This document shows, in pieces, positions 1 through 8,462 of a stretch of DNA of 64,000 nt (the first letter of the stretch is position 1; the number at the start of each line of letters is the position of its first letter). A program made the position numbers and the translations under genes. The notes beneath the pieces are model-generated. The model was not told the DNA's origin and made no database searches. It saw only the letters and a program-made list of their open reading frames with translations. This stretch comes from Pseudomonadales bacterium (lineage in GTDB: Bacteria > Patescibacteriota > Microgenomatia > UBA1400 > PJMF01). Where the stretch lies: NCBI GenBank assembly GCA_020632265.1, contig JACKFW010000001.1, positions 855,272 through 919,271 on the forward strand, in the 5' to 3' direction.

Positions 1-126
1 CTAGATTTAGATAATATGAGAGCACCTAATGATATAAAAGTTTTTCTTCAAGAAGTGTTCCTTCAGGAACAAGCTATTACACGTTTTAACTTACTTATGG
101 ACAAGGTTAGACAAGTCTTCCAATAA
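1..126 (+). CDS. 3' end of an upstream hypothetical gene (partial; enters from the left edge of the window)
   Basis: Frame 1 is open from position 1 to TAA at 124-126 (...NMRAPNDIKVFLQEVFLQEQAITRFNLLMDKVRQVFQ*). No start codon in the window. Same strand as the downstream cassette-like genes. Confidence 0.3.
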   Translation, partial: LDLDNMRAPNDIKVFLQEVFLQEQAITRFNLLMDKVRQVFQ

Positions 127-235
127 ATATTATTTAATTCCTGCAGGTTTGCGACATAATCGAATTTTATTGGAATTCTCTGATATAAGTATGCTTAAAG
201 ATTTTGTGTAACAAAAATACTTTTAATTCACATCT

Positions 236-403
236 ATGTCAGATCATTTTTCCTGGGAGATATACAAAAACGATATGGTTGGAATTGTACCTTTAGGCTA
301 TGTGTATGCTTCAACGTACAGGATTGGTAATATTCATCTAAAAAATAATTATGGACATGGAGTAGCAGAAGCTGATGTATTTATGGCAACTCCAAATTTA
401 TAA
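236..403 (+). CDS. small hypothetical ORF (55 aa) inside the first cassette-like unit
   Basis: ATG at 236 and an in-frame ATG at 275, TAA at 401-403. The stop abuts the first copy of the conserved repeat. No recognisable motif; below the size cutoff of the ORF track. Confidence 0.15.
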   Translation: MSDHFSWEIYKNDMVGIVPLGYVYASTYRIGNIHLKNNYGHGVAEADVFMATPNL

Positions 404-406
404 ATT

Positions 407-433
407 AGGTTCCAACATCCCTCACTAGTCCCC
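407..433 (+). repeat. copy 1 of the conserved intergenic repeat (AGGTTCCAACATCCCTCACTAGTCCCC)
   Basis: Direct comparison with the copies at 1307, 2435, 3347/3403 and 4939. It lies immediately after the stop of the small ORF and about 70 bp upstream of the AadA-like gene. Confidence 0.8.
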
Positions 434-505
434 ACGACATCCTATAGTAGTCAAATATTTTTCGATAGATCATCCGCTTGATATGTTATTTGCTATACTC
501 AAAGT

Positions 506-1279
506 ATGAGAGTTACAAAATATTCAGATATTAATAAAATACTTTCACTTTTAAAAGAGGGTTTGGGCGAAATTCTTGGAAAAAATCTTATTGGTTTGTA
601 TTTAACAGGCTCTCTAACTTATGGTGACTTTGATCGTGGTAGCAGCGATATTGATTTTTTTTCAGTTTTAGATGAAGAATTATCTCCAAAACAGCTTGAG
701 AAAGTAAAGAAACTTCACACCGACATTGGTGAACGATTCCCAGAGTGGCACAAGCGCATTGAGGGGTCTTATGTTACTCAAAAAATGCTGGATAGTACAA
801 AGCCACCTAAACGGCATCGACCATATATAAATGCTGGCAAAATGTGGAGTTTTCCATTTGGGAATGAATGGTTGTTGAATTTACATATATTATATGAGAG
901 TGGAGTGGCCTTGGTTGGAATAAATCCGAAACAACTTATAAGTCCAGTTGATATTATCTCGCTGAGAAAAGCATCTCAAGAAAATTTAATTCAAGAATGG
1001 AAACCAAAATTAACCAATCCAGCACCTTTTCAATCTGCTGATTATGATCGCAATCACCTTCAAGCTTATGCAATTTTAACAATGTGCCGCATTCTTTATA
1101 CTGCTAATAATAAAGATGTTGTTTCAAAAAAGGTTGCCGCTAATTGGGCGGTAAAAATGTATGGTGAGCAATGGAGTGCATTAATTAAAAAGGCTCAGAG
1201 CTGGCATCATGGTGAAAAACTTTTTCTAGAAAATGGAATAAAAAAGTTTATCCAATTTACCATAGATGAGGTGGGATAG
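506..1279 (+). CDS. aminoglycoside nucleotidyltransferase, ANT(3'')/ANT(9) AadA-like (nucleotidyltransferase domain plus a DUF4111-like C-terminal domain)
   Basis: N-terminal pol-beta-type NTase motif LYLTGSLTYGDFDRGSSDIDFFSVL matches AadA LYGSAVDGGLKPHSDIDLLV. Further AadA-like blocks GVALVGINPKQL and KKVAANWAVKMYGEQW (AadA: VALVGPAAEELF; KDVAADWAMERLPAQY). Length 257 aa. Confidence 0.7.
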   Translation: MRVTKYSDINKILSLLKEGLGEILGKNLIGLYLTGSLTYGDFDRGSSDIDFFSVLDEELSPKQLEKVKKLHTDIGERFPEWHKRIEGSYVTQKMLDSTKPPKRHRPYINAGKMWSFPFGNEWLLNLHILYESGVALVGINPKQLISPVDIISLRKASQENLIQEWKPKLTNPAPFQSADYDRNHLQAYAILTMCRILYTANNKDVVSKKVAANWAVKMYGEQWSALIKKAQSWHHGEKLFLENGIKKFIQFTIDEVG

Positions 1280-1306
1280 AGGAAAGTAACTAGGTTATAC
1301 AGAATA

Positions 1307-1375
1307 AGGTTCCAACATCTTTCACCAGTCCCTGGCAATCACCAACTTTTAACTATAAATCAACCTAAATTAAAT
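1307..1375 (+). repeat. copy 2 of the conserved repeat (core AGGTTCCAACATCTTTCACCAGTCCCT plus the extended block CAATCACCAACTTTTAACTATAAATCAACCTAAA)
   Basis: Core 26-mer shared with all copies. The ~40 nt extension is near-identical to copy 3. Confidence 0.8.
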
Positions 1376-1424
1376 ATGATCGAACATCGTCTACTAGTCT
1401 CTTTTTGTCTGATAGAATAATAAT

Positions 1425-1847
1425 ATGAAAAAATCCGTAGTGACTGGAATTTTAGTAAAAAAAGATAATAATGTTCTCCTCGTAAAAAAACCAGATAATG
1501 TAGGTCCATATGCTGGGACATATTTAACTCCTGGTGGAGGGGTAAATACTGGAGAAGCAATCGATGAAGCAGTATTGCGCGAATTGTATGAAGAGACGGG
1601 TGTAAAAGTTTCAAATCTCAAAAGAGTTTCTTTTGATGATGCAGTTACTGAAAATTGGAAAGGTGATGAAACTCACTATATTATGTTATTGTATGCTGCT
1701 GACTATTTATCAGGAGATCTTCAATCTACAGAGGGTGATGATGACAATCTAGAAGTTATTAAATGGTTTTCAGAAGATGAGATAAAAGGAATAAAATTAT
1801 CACCTCCTTTGAAAAAGTTTTTATTAAAGCTTGGTTATAAATTATAG
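1425..1847 (+). CDS. NUDIX hydrolase
   Basis: Nudix box GGGVNTGEAIDEAVLRELYEETGV (GX5EX7REUXEEXGU). Confidence 0.8.
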   Translation: MKKSVVTGILVKKDNNVLLVKKPDNVGPYAGTYLTPGGGVNTGEAIDEAVLRELYEETGVKVSNLKRVSFDDAVTENWKGDETHYIMLLYAADYLSGDLQSTEGDDDNLEVIKWFSEDEIKGIKLSPPLKKFLLKLGYKL

Positions 1848-1857
1848 GTATTAAATT

Positions 1858-2436
1858 ATGGATAAATACTCCAGAGTAGCTAATTTAGTAAAAGAAGTTT
1901 ACGAGAACTCAGAACAATGGTTTGGTCAATGGATGTGGAAACATCATGTTCCAGTTGTGGCAAAAAAAACTGAAGAGCTGTCTGAAAGATTTGGAGCTAA
2001 TCTTGACATAGCTGTGGCGGGAGCTTGGCTCCACGACTTTGGCGATGCTTTTGTTCATCGTAATTCTAAAGAACATCCTTTGGTTACTGAAGAGAAATCC
2101 AAGAAAGTGCTTGAGAAAGCAGGATACAGTACTGAAGAAATCAAAAAAGTACTTGAAGAAGTAATCGCTCCACACTCTTGTAGAGATGATTTTATCCCCA
2201 CTACTATTGAAGGTAAAGTAATGGCTTCAGCAGATGCTTTAGCACACTTTATGACAGATTTTTTTGTTCATTTTACTTGGATGCATCTTCCAGAAAATAA
2301 AACATTTGAAGAATATAGAGATTGGGTTGCAAAGAAAATTGATCACGATTTTCATAAAAAGATATTTTTTGATGAAGTGAGAGAAGAAGTTAGAGACAGA
2401 GTAGCTACGCTAAAAGAAGTATTTGGAGAAAAATAG
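1858..2436 (+). CDS. HD-domain phosphohydrolase
   Basis: H...HD motif (WLHDFGD) and downstream His and Asp residues. Starts 10 bp after the NUDIX gene, so likely co-transcribed with it. TAG stop overlaps the start of repeat copy 3. Confidence 0.6.
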   Translation: MDKYSRVANLVKEVYENSEQWFGQWMWKHHVPVVAKKTEELSERFGANLDIAVAGAWLHDFGDAFVHRNSKEHPLVTEEKSKKVLEKAGYSTEEIKKVLEEVIAPHSCRDDFIPTTIEGKVMASADALAHFMTDFFVHFTWMHLPENKTFEEYRDWVAKKIDHDFHKKIFFDEVREEVRDRVATLKEVFGEK

Positions 2437-2500
2437 GTTCTAACTTCCTTCACCAGTCCTTACAAATCACCAACTTTTACCTATAAATAAATCTAAACAA
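2435..2500 (+). repeat. copy 3 of the conserved repeat (AGGTTCTAACTTCCTTCACCAGTCCTT plus extension AAATCACCAACTTTTACCTATAAATAAATCTAAA)
   Basis: Shares both the core and the extension with copy 2. Confidence 0.8.
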
Positions 2501-2738
2501 CCACAATCACAAAATAATTCATTCGGCACTTAAAATACCGCCTGCGAAATTCCACGCCAACTATTTAGAAACGGTGTGCGAAAAAAGGGGTGCTTGACAG
2601 ATCATATATTCCTAAGAAACCACTTTTACATACAAAGCAACCTTCTGAGATCAGGCTTTATTACAATGCTGGTTAAATCCTGAAATAACATAAAAGACTT
2701 TAGAATAGTTTTTATATAATGTGTGATAATATGTTTCT

Positions 2739-3335
2739 ATGATATTTGAAGTTGGAGACATGAATGAAAAATTAATTGGTAAGTTTGAATTTGCAACAGG
2801 TAATGTTCCTGTGTTGACGCGAGCTCGTCTTATGGCGCAAGTTTTAACTGCAAATATGCAAGATAACGTAGCACAGGCTGTTCAAGCAAGTAGCAAGCTT
2901 ATCAAAGAAGATTTAGATAGGGCTAGTGAAATTCTCAAATATACTGATCCATATAAATTTTTTTCATGGATAGCATTAAACTTGGGAAAAGGTGACCCAA
3001 ATTGTGGCAATTGGATGACATGGTCAATTTTGGTTTTTTTTGGTAATGAAGAACAATTTATTAGGTCATTTGAATATTTAAGACCTATATTAGATAAATA
3101 CAATCCAAACATAGAACCAGTTCATCCAGACTTGCAGTCAATTTTAAATTCTACTGATTATACTGAGCACTTTACCGCAAGAAGAATCCCAAAAGTTCAG
3201 TTCAACGAAAATGAATTATGTTTCGAGCTTGAATGGCCAGGATTAAAAATTGACCTTGTTGGTAACGTCCCAAAAAAAGTTTATTTATCTGATAAAGATA
3301 AAGACACATTTATTTCTTTACAAGAAATCCAGTGA
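2739..3335 (+). CDS. hypothetical protein (198 aa)
   Basis: Intact ORF between two repeat copies. No recognisable motif. Confidence 0.4.
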   Translation: MIFEVGDMNEKLIGKFEFATGNVPVLTRARLMAQVLTANMQDNVAQAVQASSKLIKEDLDRASEILKYTDPYKFFSWIALNLGKGDPNCGNWMTWSILVFFGNEEQFIRSFEYLRPILDKYNPNIEPVHPDLQSILNSTDYTEHFTARRIPKVQFNENELCFELEWPGLKIDLVGNVPKKVYLSDKDKDTFISLQEIQ

Positions 3336-3346
3336 GTTTCAAAATT

Positions 3347-3417
3347 TTCCACTAGTCCCCGGAAATTTTTAAAATATAATCATAGACCAATCTAAATTAG
3401 CTAGGTTCGAACATCCC
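3347..3417 (+). repeat. copy 4 of the conserved repeat, with its two halves swapped and separated by a ~42 bp insert
   Basis: Half B (TTCCACTAGTCCCC) at 3347-3360 comes before half A (AGGTTCGAACATCCC) at 3403-3417. This is the reverse of the order in copies 1-3. Confidence 0.7.
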
Positions 3418-3451
3418 GTACTTGTCTCATTTTACTTGGTATAATTGAGAT

Positions 3452-4300
3452 ATGAAAAAATCAGAACAAAAAAAAGGCACAGACTATATAGGCGTAGGTG
3501 TTGGAGCACTCATTTTTAATGATGAGGGTTTATTATTACTTGCTCTTAGAGGAAAAAAGGCAAAAAACGAACGAGGTAAGTGGGAAATACCTGGCGGCGG
3601 TGTTGAATTTGGCGAAACTATTGAAGAAGCATTGAAGCGAGAAATCAAAGAAGAATTGGATATTGAAATTGAAGTGACAAAAATGCTCCAACTTTGCGAT
3701 CATATTATTGCCGATGAAAAACAACATTGGATTTCACCAACTTATATTTGCAAGAAAGTAAGTGGTGAGCCAAAAATATTGGAGCCAGAAAAGTGTGATC
3801 GCATTGGTTGGTTTAGCATTGAAGAGGCTGAGAAATTACCACTTTCTATTGTTACAAAACATGATATTTCTGTTTTGAAAAAAAGAGATCATCAAGAAAA
3901 TATCGGATGTGCTGTGATAGTTAAAAACAATCAAGATCAAGTTCTTTTAGGTAAAAGAAAAAATGCTTATAGATATGGTTTATATGGACTTCCAGGTGGT
4001 AGAATTGATAAAGACGAAAAAGTTTTGGTTGCTTCCAAAAGAGAGTTGTTGGAAGAAACTGGACTGAAAGCTAGCAATATGAAATATATTGGTGTCGTCA
4101 AAGAATGGCAAGATAGCTATAACTTCATTCACTTTATTCATCTGTGCACAGAGTGGAGAGGTGAGTTGGAGCTTATGGAGCCTGACAAATGTGAAGATTG
4201 GAAGTGGTTCGACTTAGACAATTTGCCTCAGGATATTTTGCCAGGACATTTGCAAGGTATTAAGCTGTTGCAAGATGGAATTGGAATAAGTGATATTTGA
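3452..4300 (+). CDS. tandem-NUDIX hydrolase (two Nudix domains)
   Basis: Two Nudix boxes: GGGVEFGETIEEALKREIKEELDI and PGGRIDKDEKVLVASKRELLEETGL. Confidence 0.75.
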   Translation: MKKSEQKKGTDYIGVGVGALIFNDEGLLLLALRGKKAKNERGKWEIPGGGVEFGETIEEALKREIKEELDIEIEVTKMLQLCDHIIADEKQHWISPTYICKKVSGEPKILEPEKCDRIGWFSIEEAEKLPLSIVTKHDISVLKKRDHQENIGCAVIVKNNQDQVLLGKRKNAYRYGLYGLPGGRIDKDEKVLVASKRELLEETGLKASNMKYIGVVKEWQDSYNFIHFIHLCTEWRGELELMEPDKCEDWKWFDLDNLPQDILPGHLQGIKLLQDGIGISDI

Positions 4301-4312
4301 GATAATTATTAT

Positions 4313-4825
4313 ATGACACAAAGATTATTCGATGAGTTTAACGTTTATCATTCTGAAAATGGTATTGGTCATTTTAGTGGCACCGGCGAGGTAATGGCCA
4401 AATTGTTGCAAGATTTCGAACCCGATAAAAAAACTCTTCAAGGACCAACTTTATCTCTCTATGCCGGAGAAGTTGGAGCAGAAAGGCTATTTGTGACTAT
4501 ATTACAGATTAGAAACAAGAAAATATTGGCAGTTGATCATAATCCACACTTGGTAAGTAAGGATGAAATGACAGATTATTTATTAGGATCAGTCACTGAT
4601 GTAATAGGTAAAATTGAAGCGAATAGTATAGGAATTATTACGATCTTCGGATCCGACGGATCGGTAAATAATGATGATTGGAAAATCATATGGCAAGAAG
4701 CACATAGAGTGTTAAAACCAAATGGACATTTAGTGATTTTTCCCACTGATAATATTTTAACTGTTCCGAGGGGTTTTTCTGTTTTGATTCAAGGTACAAA
4801 TTTCTTAATAGTTAAAAAATTATAA
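4313..4825 (+). CDS. hypothetical protein, possibly a degenerate SAM-methyltransferase fold
   Basis: Motif AHRVLKPNGHLVIF resembles the post-II/III motif of class I methyltransferases. Motif I is not clearly present. Confidence 0.3.
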   Translation: MTQRLFDEFNVYHSENGIGHFSGTGEVMAKLLQDFEPDKKTLQGPTLSLYAGEVGAERLFVTILQIRNKKILAVDHNPHLVSKDEMTDYLLGSVTDVIGKIEANSIGIITIFGSDGSVNNDDWKIIWQEAHRVLKPNGHLVIFPTDNILTVPRGFSVLIQGTNFLIVKKL

Positions 4826-4938
4826 GACTAAAAACTCTCCAAAATCGATTAAAAAATAGCTTCCAATTGTCTATGGCTTTTCTATGATTAATATAACATA
4901 TCAGTTTTTTGGGTAGTTTGGATATTGATACTAAAATA

Positions 4939-4960
4939 AGTTTGAACATCCTTCACTAGT
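4939..4960 (+). repeat. copy 5 of the conserved repeat (AGTTTGAACATCCTTCACTAGT)
   Basis: Degenerate copy that closes the same-strand gene block. The next gene is on the opposite strand. Confidence 0.65.
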
Positions 4961-4989
4961 ATGTTGCTAACATTCTTGAATTATGAAAT

Positions 4990-5664
4990 TTATTTATCTA
5001 AAACAATTCTTGAACCTGAAAAATTGGCAGTTTCGCTACTGCTAGACCTGATTTGAAGAGAGTAGGTGTTATTTCCAGGGTGAAGCTTAAACTTTGGAGA
5101 AGTTTTCCAAGTAGTATTGCTTGAAGAATGAGCAACTTCGGTAATTGCCATGATTGAACCGGTAGTTTTGTTTACTAATCTTGCTGAGGCTTCACCGCTC
5201 ACAATTGAAATTCCTACCTCAAAAACTGCATTAATATATGATGGATAATCATTGCTATCCAAATTGACTTCAACACCAGAGTCAGTCCAAACATTGTTAT
5301 TTGTGCTGGCAGATCCAATATAAATGCTTTGTTTTTGAAATATTTGATTAGCGGAAGTGTTAATTTTAGAATTTAATACTGTATTTTCTAACTCATCTAA
5401 CCTTTTCATAATTCCAGAGACACTTGTTTCAAGAAAGATAATTTTACTATTCAGATTTTTTATTTGAGCAGATAACGAGGCTTGGTTTTGATCAGAGAGG
5501 TTATTTATTATGTTTCCATTTTCGATCAAGATACTAGAATTGCTTTTGGCGCCGTTGATGTTTTCAAGTGAATTATTATTTTGAAATTGTAGAAAAAAAA
5601 GCATTACAATGCAAACAAACATGATAAACAATGACAATACAACAACTTTTCCAAATTTAGACAT
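4990..5664 (-). CDS. hypothetical membrane-anchored protein (N-terminal TM, N/Q-rich coiled region, C-terminal domain)
   Basis: Hydrophobic N-terminus VVVLSLFIMFVCIVMLFFL followed by low-complexity N/S/Q-rich stretches. Confidence 0.45.
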   Translation of the reverse strand: MSKFGKVVVLSLFIMFVCIVMLFFLQFQNNNSLENINGAKSNSSILIENGNIINNLSDQNQASLSAQIKNLNSKIIFLETSVSGIMKRLDELENTVLNSKINTSANQIFQKQSIYIGSASTNNNVWTDSGVEVNLDSNDYPSYINAVFEVGISIVSGEASARLVNKTTGSIMAITEVAHSSSNTTWKTSPKFKLHPGNNTYSLQIRSSSSETANFSGSRIVLDK

Positions 5665-5791
5665 TGGATATATTATAGTAAGAATACAGGTTGGTTAGCA
5701 AACGAGATATACAGTTGGGTTAGCAAAAATGAAAAATTTTTTATAGATATTATCTTATTTTTTTACTAACCGTTATTGTTTCTCCAAAAAT

Positions 5792-6427
5792 TTATTTTAT
5801 TTCATCACCAACCGTCGTTGTCTCTCCATGACCAGGATAGCAGACTGTATCTTTTGGGTAAGACAAAATTTTCCGCAGTGATTTTTCCATGTCCATTGGT
5901 CTTGAATATTTGAAATCTGTTCTTCCAACTGCATTTTTGAATAGAGTATCACCTGTGAAGATGATGTTTGTTTTTCCTTTTGAAACTAAAGCTATGCTTC
6001 CGGGAGTATGTCCGGGAGTTTCGACAATTTCAAGAATGCAGTTACCAAATTCTAGTAATTTTCCCTCATTGATGAATGACAGTTCTGATGGAACTGGCGC
6101 AATTTCATCTGATTTAAGCCAATATTTTGCACTTTCTTGAGCTTTTTTGGCTAAAAAAAGATCATTTTTATGTAAAAATATGGGCAAATCAAAATTTAAT
6201 CTTAATTCTAGTGATCCAAGTACATGATCGAAGTGGGCGTGAGTGAATACCATGCAAAGTGGTTTCAATTTAAGTTCGAGAATTTTTTCACTAATAAAAC
6301 TGCCTTCATCTGCAGGATCAATGATAATTGCTTCAAGGGTATTGGGGCACCATACTAAATAACAATTTGTGTCTAATTCCCCCAAAGTTAAAGTTAATAT
6401 TTCTGGATCAGAAATTTTTTGTATCAT
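5792..6427 (-). CDS. MBL-fold metallo-hydrolase (glyoxalase II-like)
   Basis: THxHxDH motif (FTHAHFDHVLG) and downstream conserved His and Asp residues (PGHTPGS, TGDTLF). Confidence 0.75.
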   Translation of the reverse strand: MIQKISDPEILTLTLGELDTNCYLVWCPNTLEAIIIDPADEGSFISEKILELKLKPLCMVFTHAHFDHVLGSLELRLNFDLPIFLHKNDLFLAKKAQESAKYWLKSDEIAPVPSELSFINEGKLLEFGNCILEIVETPGHTPGSIALVSKGKTNIIFTGDTLFKNAVGRTDFKYSRPMDMEKSLRKILSYPKDTVCYPGHGETTTVGDEIK

Positions 6428-6483
6428 GTTAATTTTGATTATTTTTTTCTTTTTTATTTTATTGAATATTTATTTTTCTTGGG

Positions 6484-7131
6484 TTAGATCATCCAAAGTA
6501 GTGAGAGAATGCCGACAATAAAGTCAATAATTGGAGAAATGAGGTGAGATATAGGAGATCCGGATCCTCCCCAAGGGAAAATTAGTCCAATGAGAACAAA
6601 AGTTCCATAGCGATGCATAAACTGTTCGTATTCTAGAGCAATGCTTTTTGGCAGAAGTGCCTGAGCAATTTTTGATCCATCCAGTGGATTGATTGGGATT
6701 AAATTAAAAATAGCTAACATGACATTAATGAAAATAATTGTGACTAAAATTGTGGCGATTCCACCATTAAGATTCAATAAACCAATAGCTAGAGAGAGGA
6801 TTGTTGCTAAAAATATATTTGATACTGGACCTGCCAAAGCAATTAAAGCGATATCTTTTTTTGGATCTTTTAGGTTGTATGGGTCAAACTGAACGGCTTT
6901 TCCCCAGCCAAAACCAATTAACAAAATGGCAATAGTACCCAATGGGTCTAGATGTGCGCGCGGATCAAGAGTTACTCTACCTTGATATCTTGGAGTAGGA
7001 TCACCTAATTTATCAGCAATGAATGCATGAGCAAATTCATGAATAGTTACAGAAATAATCAACCCAATTGCAATTACAACAAAAGATATTGGATCAGAAA
7101 ATAAAATAGAAAGTAGTCCGATTCTTGACAT
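6484..7131 (-). CDS. M50-family (site-2 protease-like) membrane zinc metalloprotease
   Basis: HExxH (HEFAHAF) inside a TM helix, polytopic membrane profile, and an LDG motif (PLDGSKI). Confidence 0.7.
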   Translation of the reverse strand: MSRIGLLSILFSDPISFVVIAIGLIISVTIHEFAHAFIADKLGDPTPRYQGRVTLDPRAHLDPLGTIAILLIGFGWGKAVQFDPYNLKDPKKDIALIALAGPVSNIFLATILSLAIGLLNLNGGIATILVTIIFINVMLAIFNLIPINPLDGSKIAQALLPKSIALEYEQFMHRYGTFVLIGLIFPWGGSGSPISHLISPIIDFIVGILSLLWMI

Positions 7132-7236
7132 ATAACTAGATTATAAACTATACATTATAATTGTCAGAATTGAAAGTTTCGTATTTGCTAAACTTTAGTC
7201 ATGATAGTATAATCACAACCTGATCGGAAATATATT

Positions 7237-7449
7237 ATGTCAAGTTTTTCTTTTAAACATCGTAGTACAGCTCATATTGGTAATAAAGTTTCTCACGCCA
7301 AAAACAGAAGCAAAAGACCTTTTAAATTTAACTTACACACTGTAACCGTATTCATGAATGGCCAAAAACAGAAATTAAGAGTTCCATCCAAAGTTTTAAA
7401 AGTGCTTAAGAAAACCGGTTTAACCACTCATTGGAAAAAACCTGAATAA
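7237..7449 (+). CDS. rpmB: 50S ribosomal protein L28
   Basis: GNKVSHAKNRSKRPFKFNLH matches the L28 core ([20 protein letters not shown]). Size 70 aa. Confidence 0.7.
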   Translation: MSSFSFKHRSTAHIGNKVSHAKNRSKRPFKFNLHTVTVFMNGQKQKLRVPSKVLKVLKKTGLTTHWKKPE

Positions 7450-7459
7450 ATTTAGATAT

Positions 7460-8434
7460 TTACTCCTTAATTGAGTTTTTTGTTTCAACCCATTTACTGG
7501 GTTTTTTACCTTCAAACTGAATTTTATGAATAATTAATTTTTGAGTTTCTGTTTCAATAGATAAATTGAGTAGTTTCATACGTTTTTCACCTTTAGAAGT
7601 TGGGACGATTGTCCAAAGTTGTGGCCAAGGATTAAAAGCTTTACTGGCTCTTTCTAGAGTAAGTGTGAAAGAATGATTGTGGTTGAGCGCATTAACTAAT
7701 AAATCTGATAAGTGATATCTTTTAATATCACTCTTGGTTGGTTTTTCTCCATTCATTGCCTTTTTTATTAAGATCCAATTAACAAATGCTTGTTTTTTAT
7801 TAAGCATCTTTGCTGTGATTGTTTCTGATTTTTCAGGTTGTGGAGTAGTAATATTTTGATTAGTTGCATATTCAAAAATTTTGTTAGTTAGGTTTTGGCA
7901 GATTAAGTTGAAAGCATGATTATAATAATCTTGACTTGTCCATTCTTGGTTAACTTCAAAATTTTCTTGATAAATTATTTCTCCTTGATCTAAATTTTCG
8001 TTGATGGTCATCAAGGAAATTGCAGAATGTTTATCATTAAATAATATCGAGTATTGGCCCGGTGAACTACCTCTCCATCTTGGAAGTTTCGAAGGGTGAA
8101 CATTTAGAGGAGCAATTTTTGGAAAATCTAATAACCATTTTGGAATTATATACCCAAAATCTACAACTAATAAAAAGTCAGGTTTAATAACCTCATGTAA
8201 TATTTTTTCTTTAATTTGCTCATTAATTTTTTTATCTACATGTATAGTTTGCAAATTATTCTTTTTTGCAAATAAATCTAATGGGTTAGGAATAATCTTT
8301 TGATCTCTGCCAACTGGTTTTGGAGTTGGTGTTAAAATCCAGACCAGTTCGAATTGGTTGTTACTTAATAGAGTTTGTGCACATAGAACAGTTTTCTCAG
8401 TTGTACCCGCAATTGCGACTTTAAATTTATTCAT
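7460..8434 (-). CDS. fmt: methionyl-tRNA formyltransferase
   Basis: Formyltransferase core ...LNVHPSKLPRWRGSSP (Fmt: NVHASLLPRWRGAAP). Sits downstream of def in the usual def-fmt arrangement. Confidence 0.85.
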   Translation of the reverse strand: MNKFKVAIAGTTEKTVLCAQTLLSNNQFELVWILTPTPKPVGRDQKIIPNPLDLFAKKNNLQTIHVDKKINEQIKEKILHEVIKPDFLLVVDFGYIIPKWLLDFPKIAPLNVHPSKLPRWRGSSPGQYSILFNDKHSAISLMTINENLDQGEIIYQENFEVNQEWTSQDYYNHAFNLICQNLTNKIFEYATNQNITTPQPEKSETITAKMLNKKQAFVNWILIKKAMNGEKPTKSDIKRYHLSDLLVNALNHNHSFTLTLERASKAFNPWPQLWTIVPTSKGEKRMKLLNLSIETETQKLIIHKIQFEGKKPSKWVETKNSIKE

Positions 8435-8462
8435 AATTTATTGTGTATTATTTGAATCTTTA

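Noticed and set aside
1360-1621. Antisense ORFs overlapping confidently assigned genes. The pair at 1360-1621 is one example; the others are 1909-2175, 2882-3112, 3536-3727, 5889-6140, 6689-6892, 11510-11776, 12541-12938, 18033-18230, 19475-19892, 20267-20476, 22616-22912, 24373-24576, 25356-25556, 27622-27822, 29909-30322, 31015-31285, 32543-33523, 35797-36039, 37724-37918, 38672-39130, 40310-40633, 41602-42434, 45347-45985, 46518-47501, 48167-48445, 48926-49147, 50421-50678, 51577-51759, 52373-52687, 56221-56439 and 63164-63391.
   Set aside because: These are shadow ORFs on the opposite strand or in other frames of well-supported genes in AT-rich DNA. Their composition is low-complexity and they carry no motifs.
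3403-3417. tRNA-like T-arm (GGTTCGAAC) within repeat copy 4, suggesting a tRNA-fragment integration site
   Set aside because: No flanking stems or acceptor/anticodon structure are present. The resemblance is limited to the GGTTCGAA hexamer shared with the repeat core.
407-4960. Canonical class-1/chromosomal integron attC sites
   Set aside because: The conserved repeat does not match the R''(RYYYAAC)/R'(GTTRRRY) boundary consensus on either strand, and no intI is in the window. It is kept as an integron-like or novel cassette-system hypothesis rather than annotated as attC.
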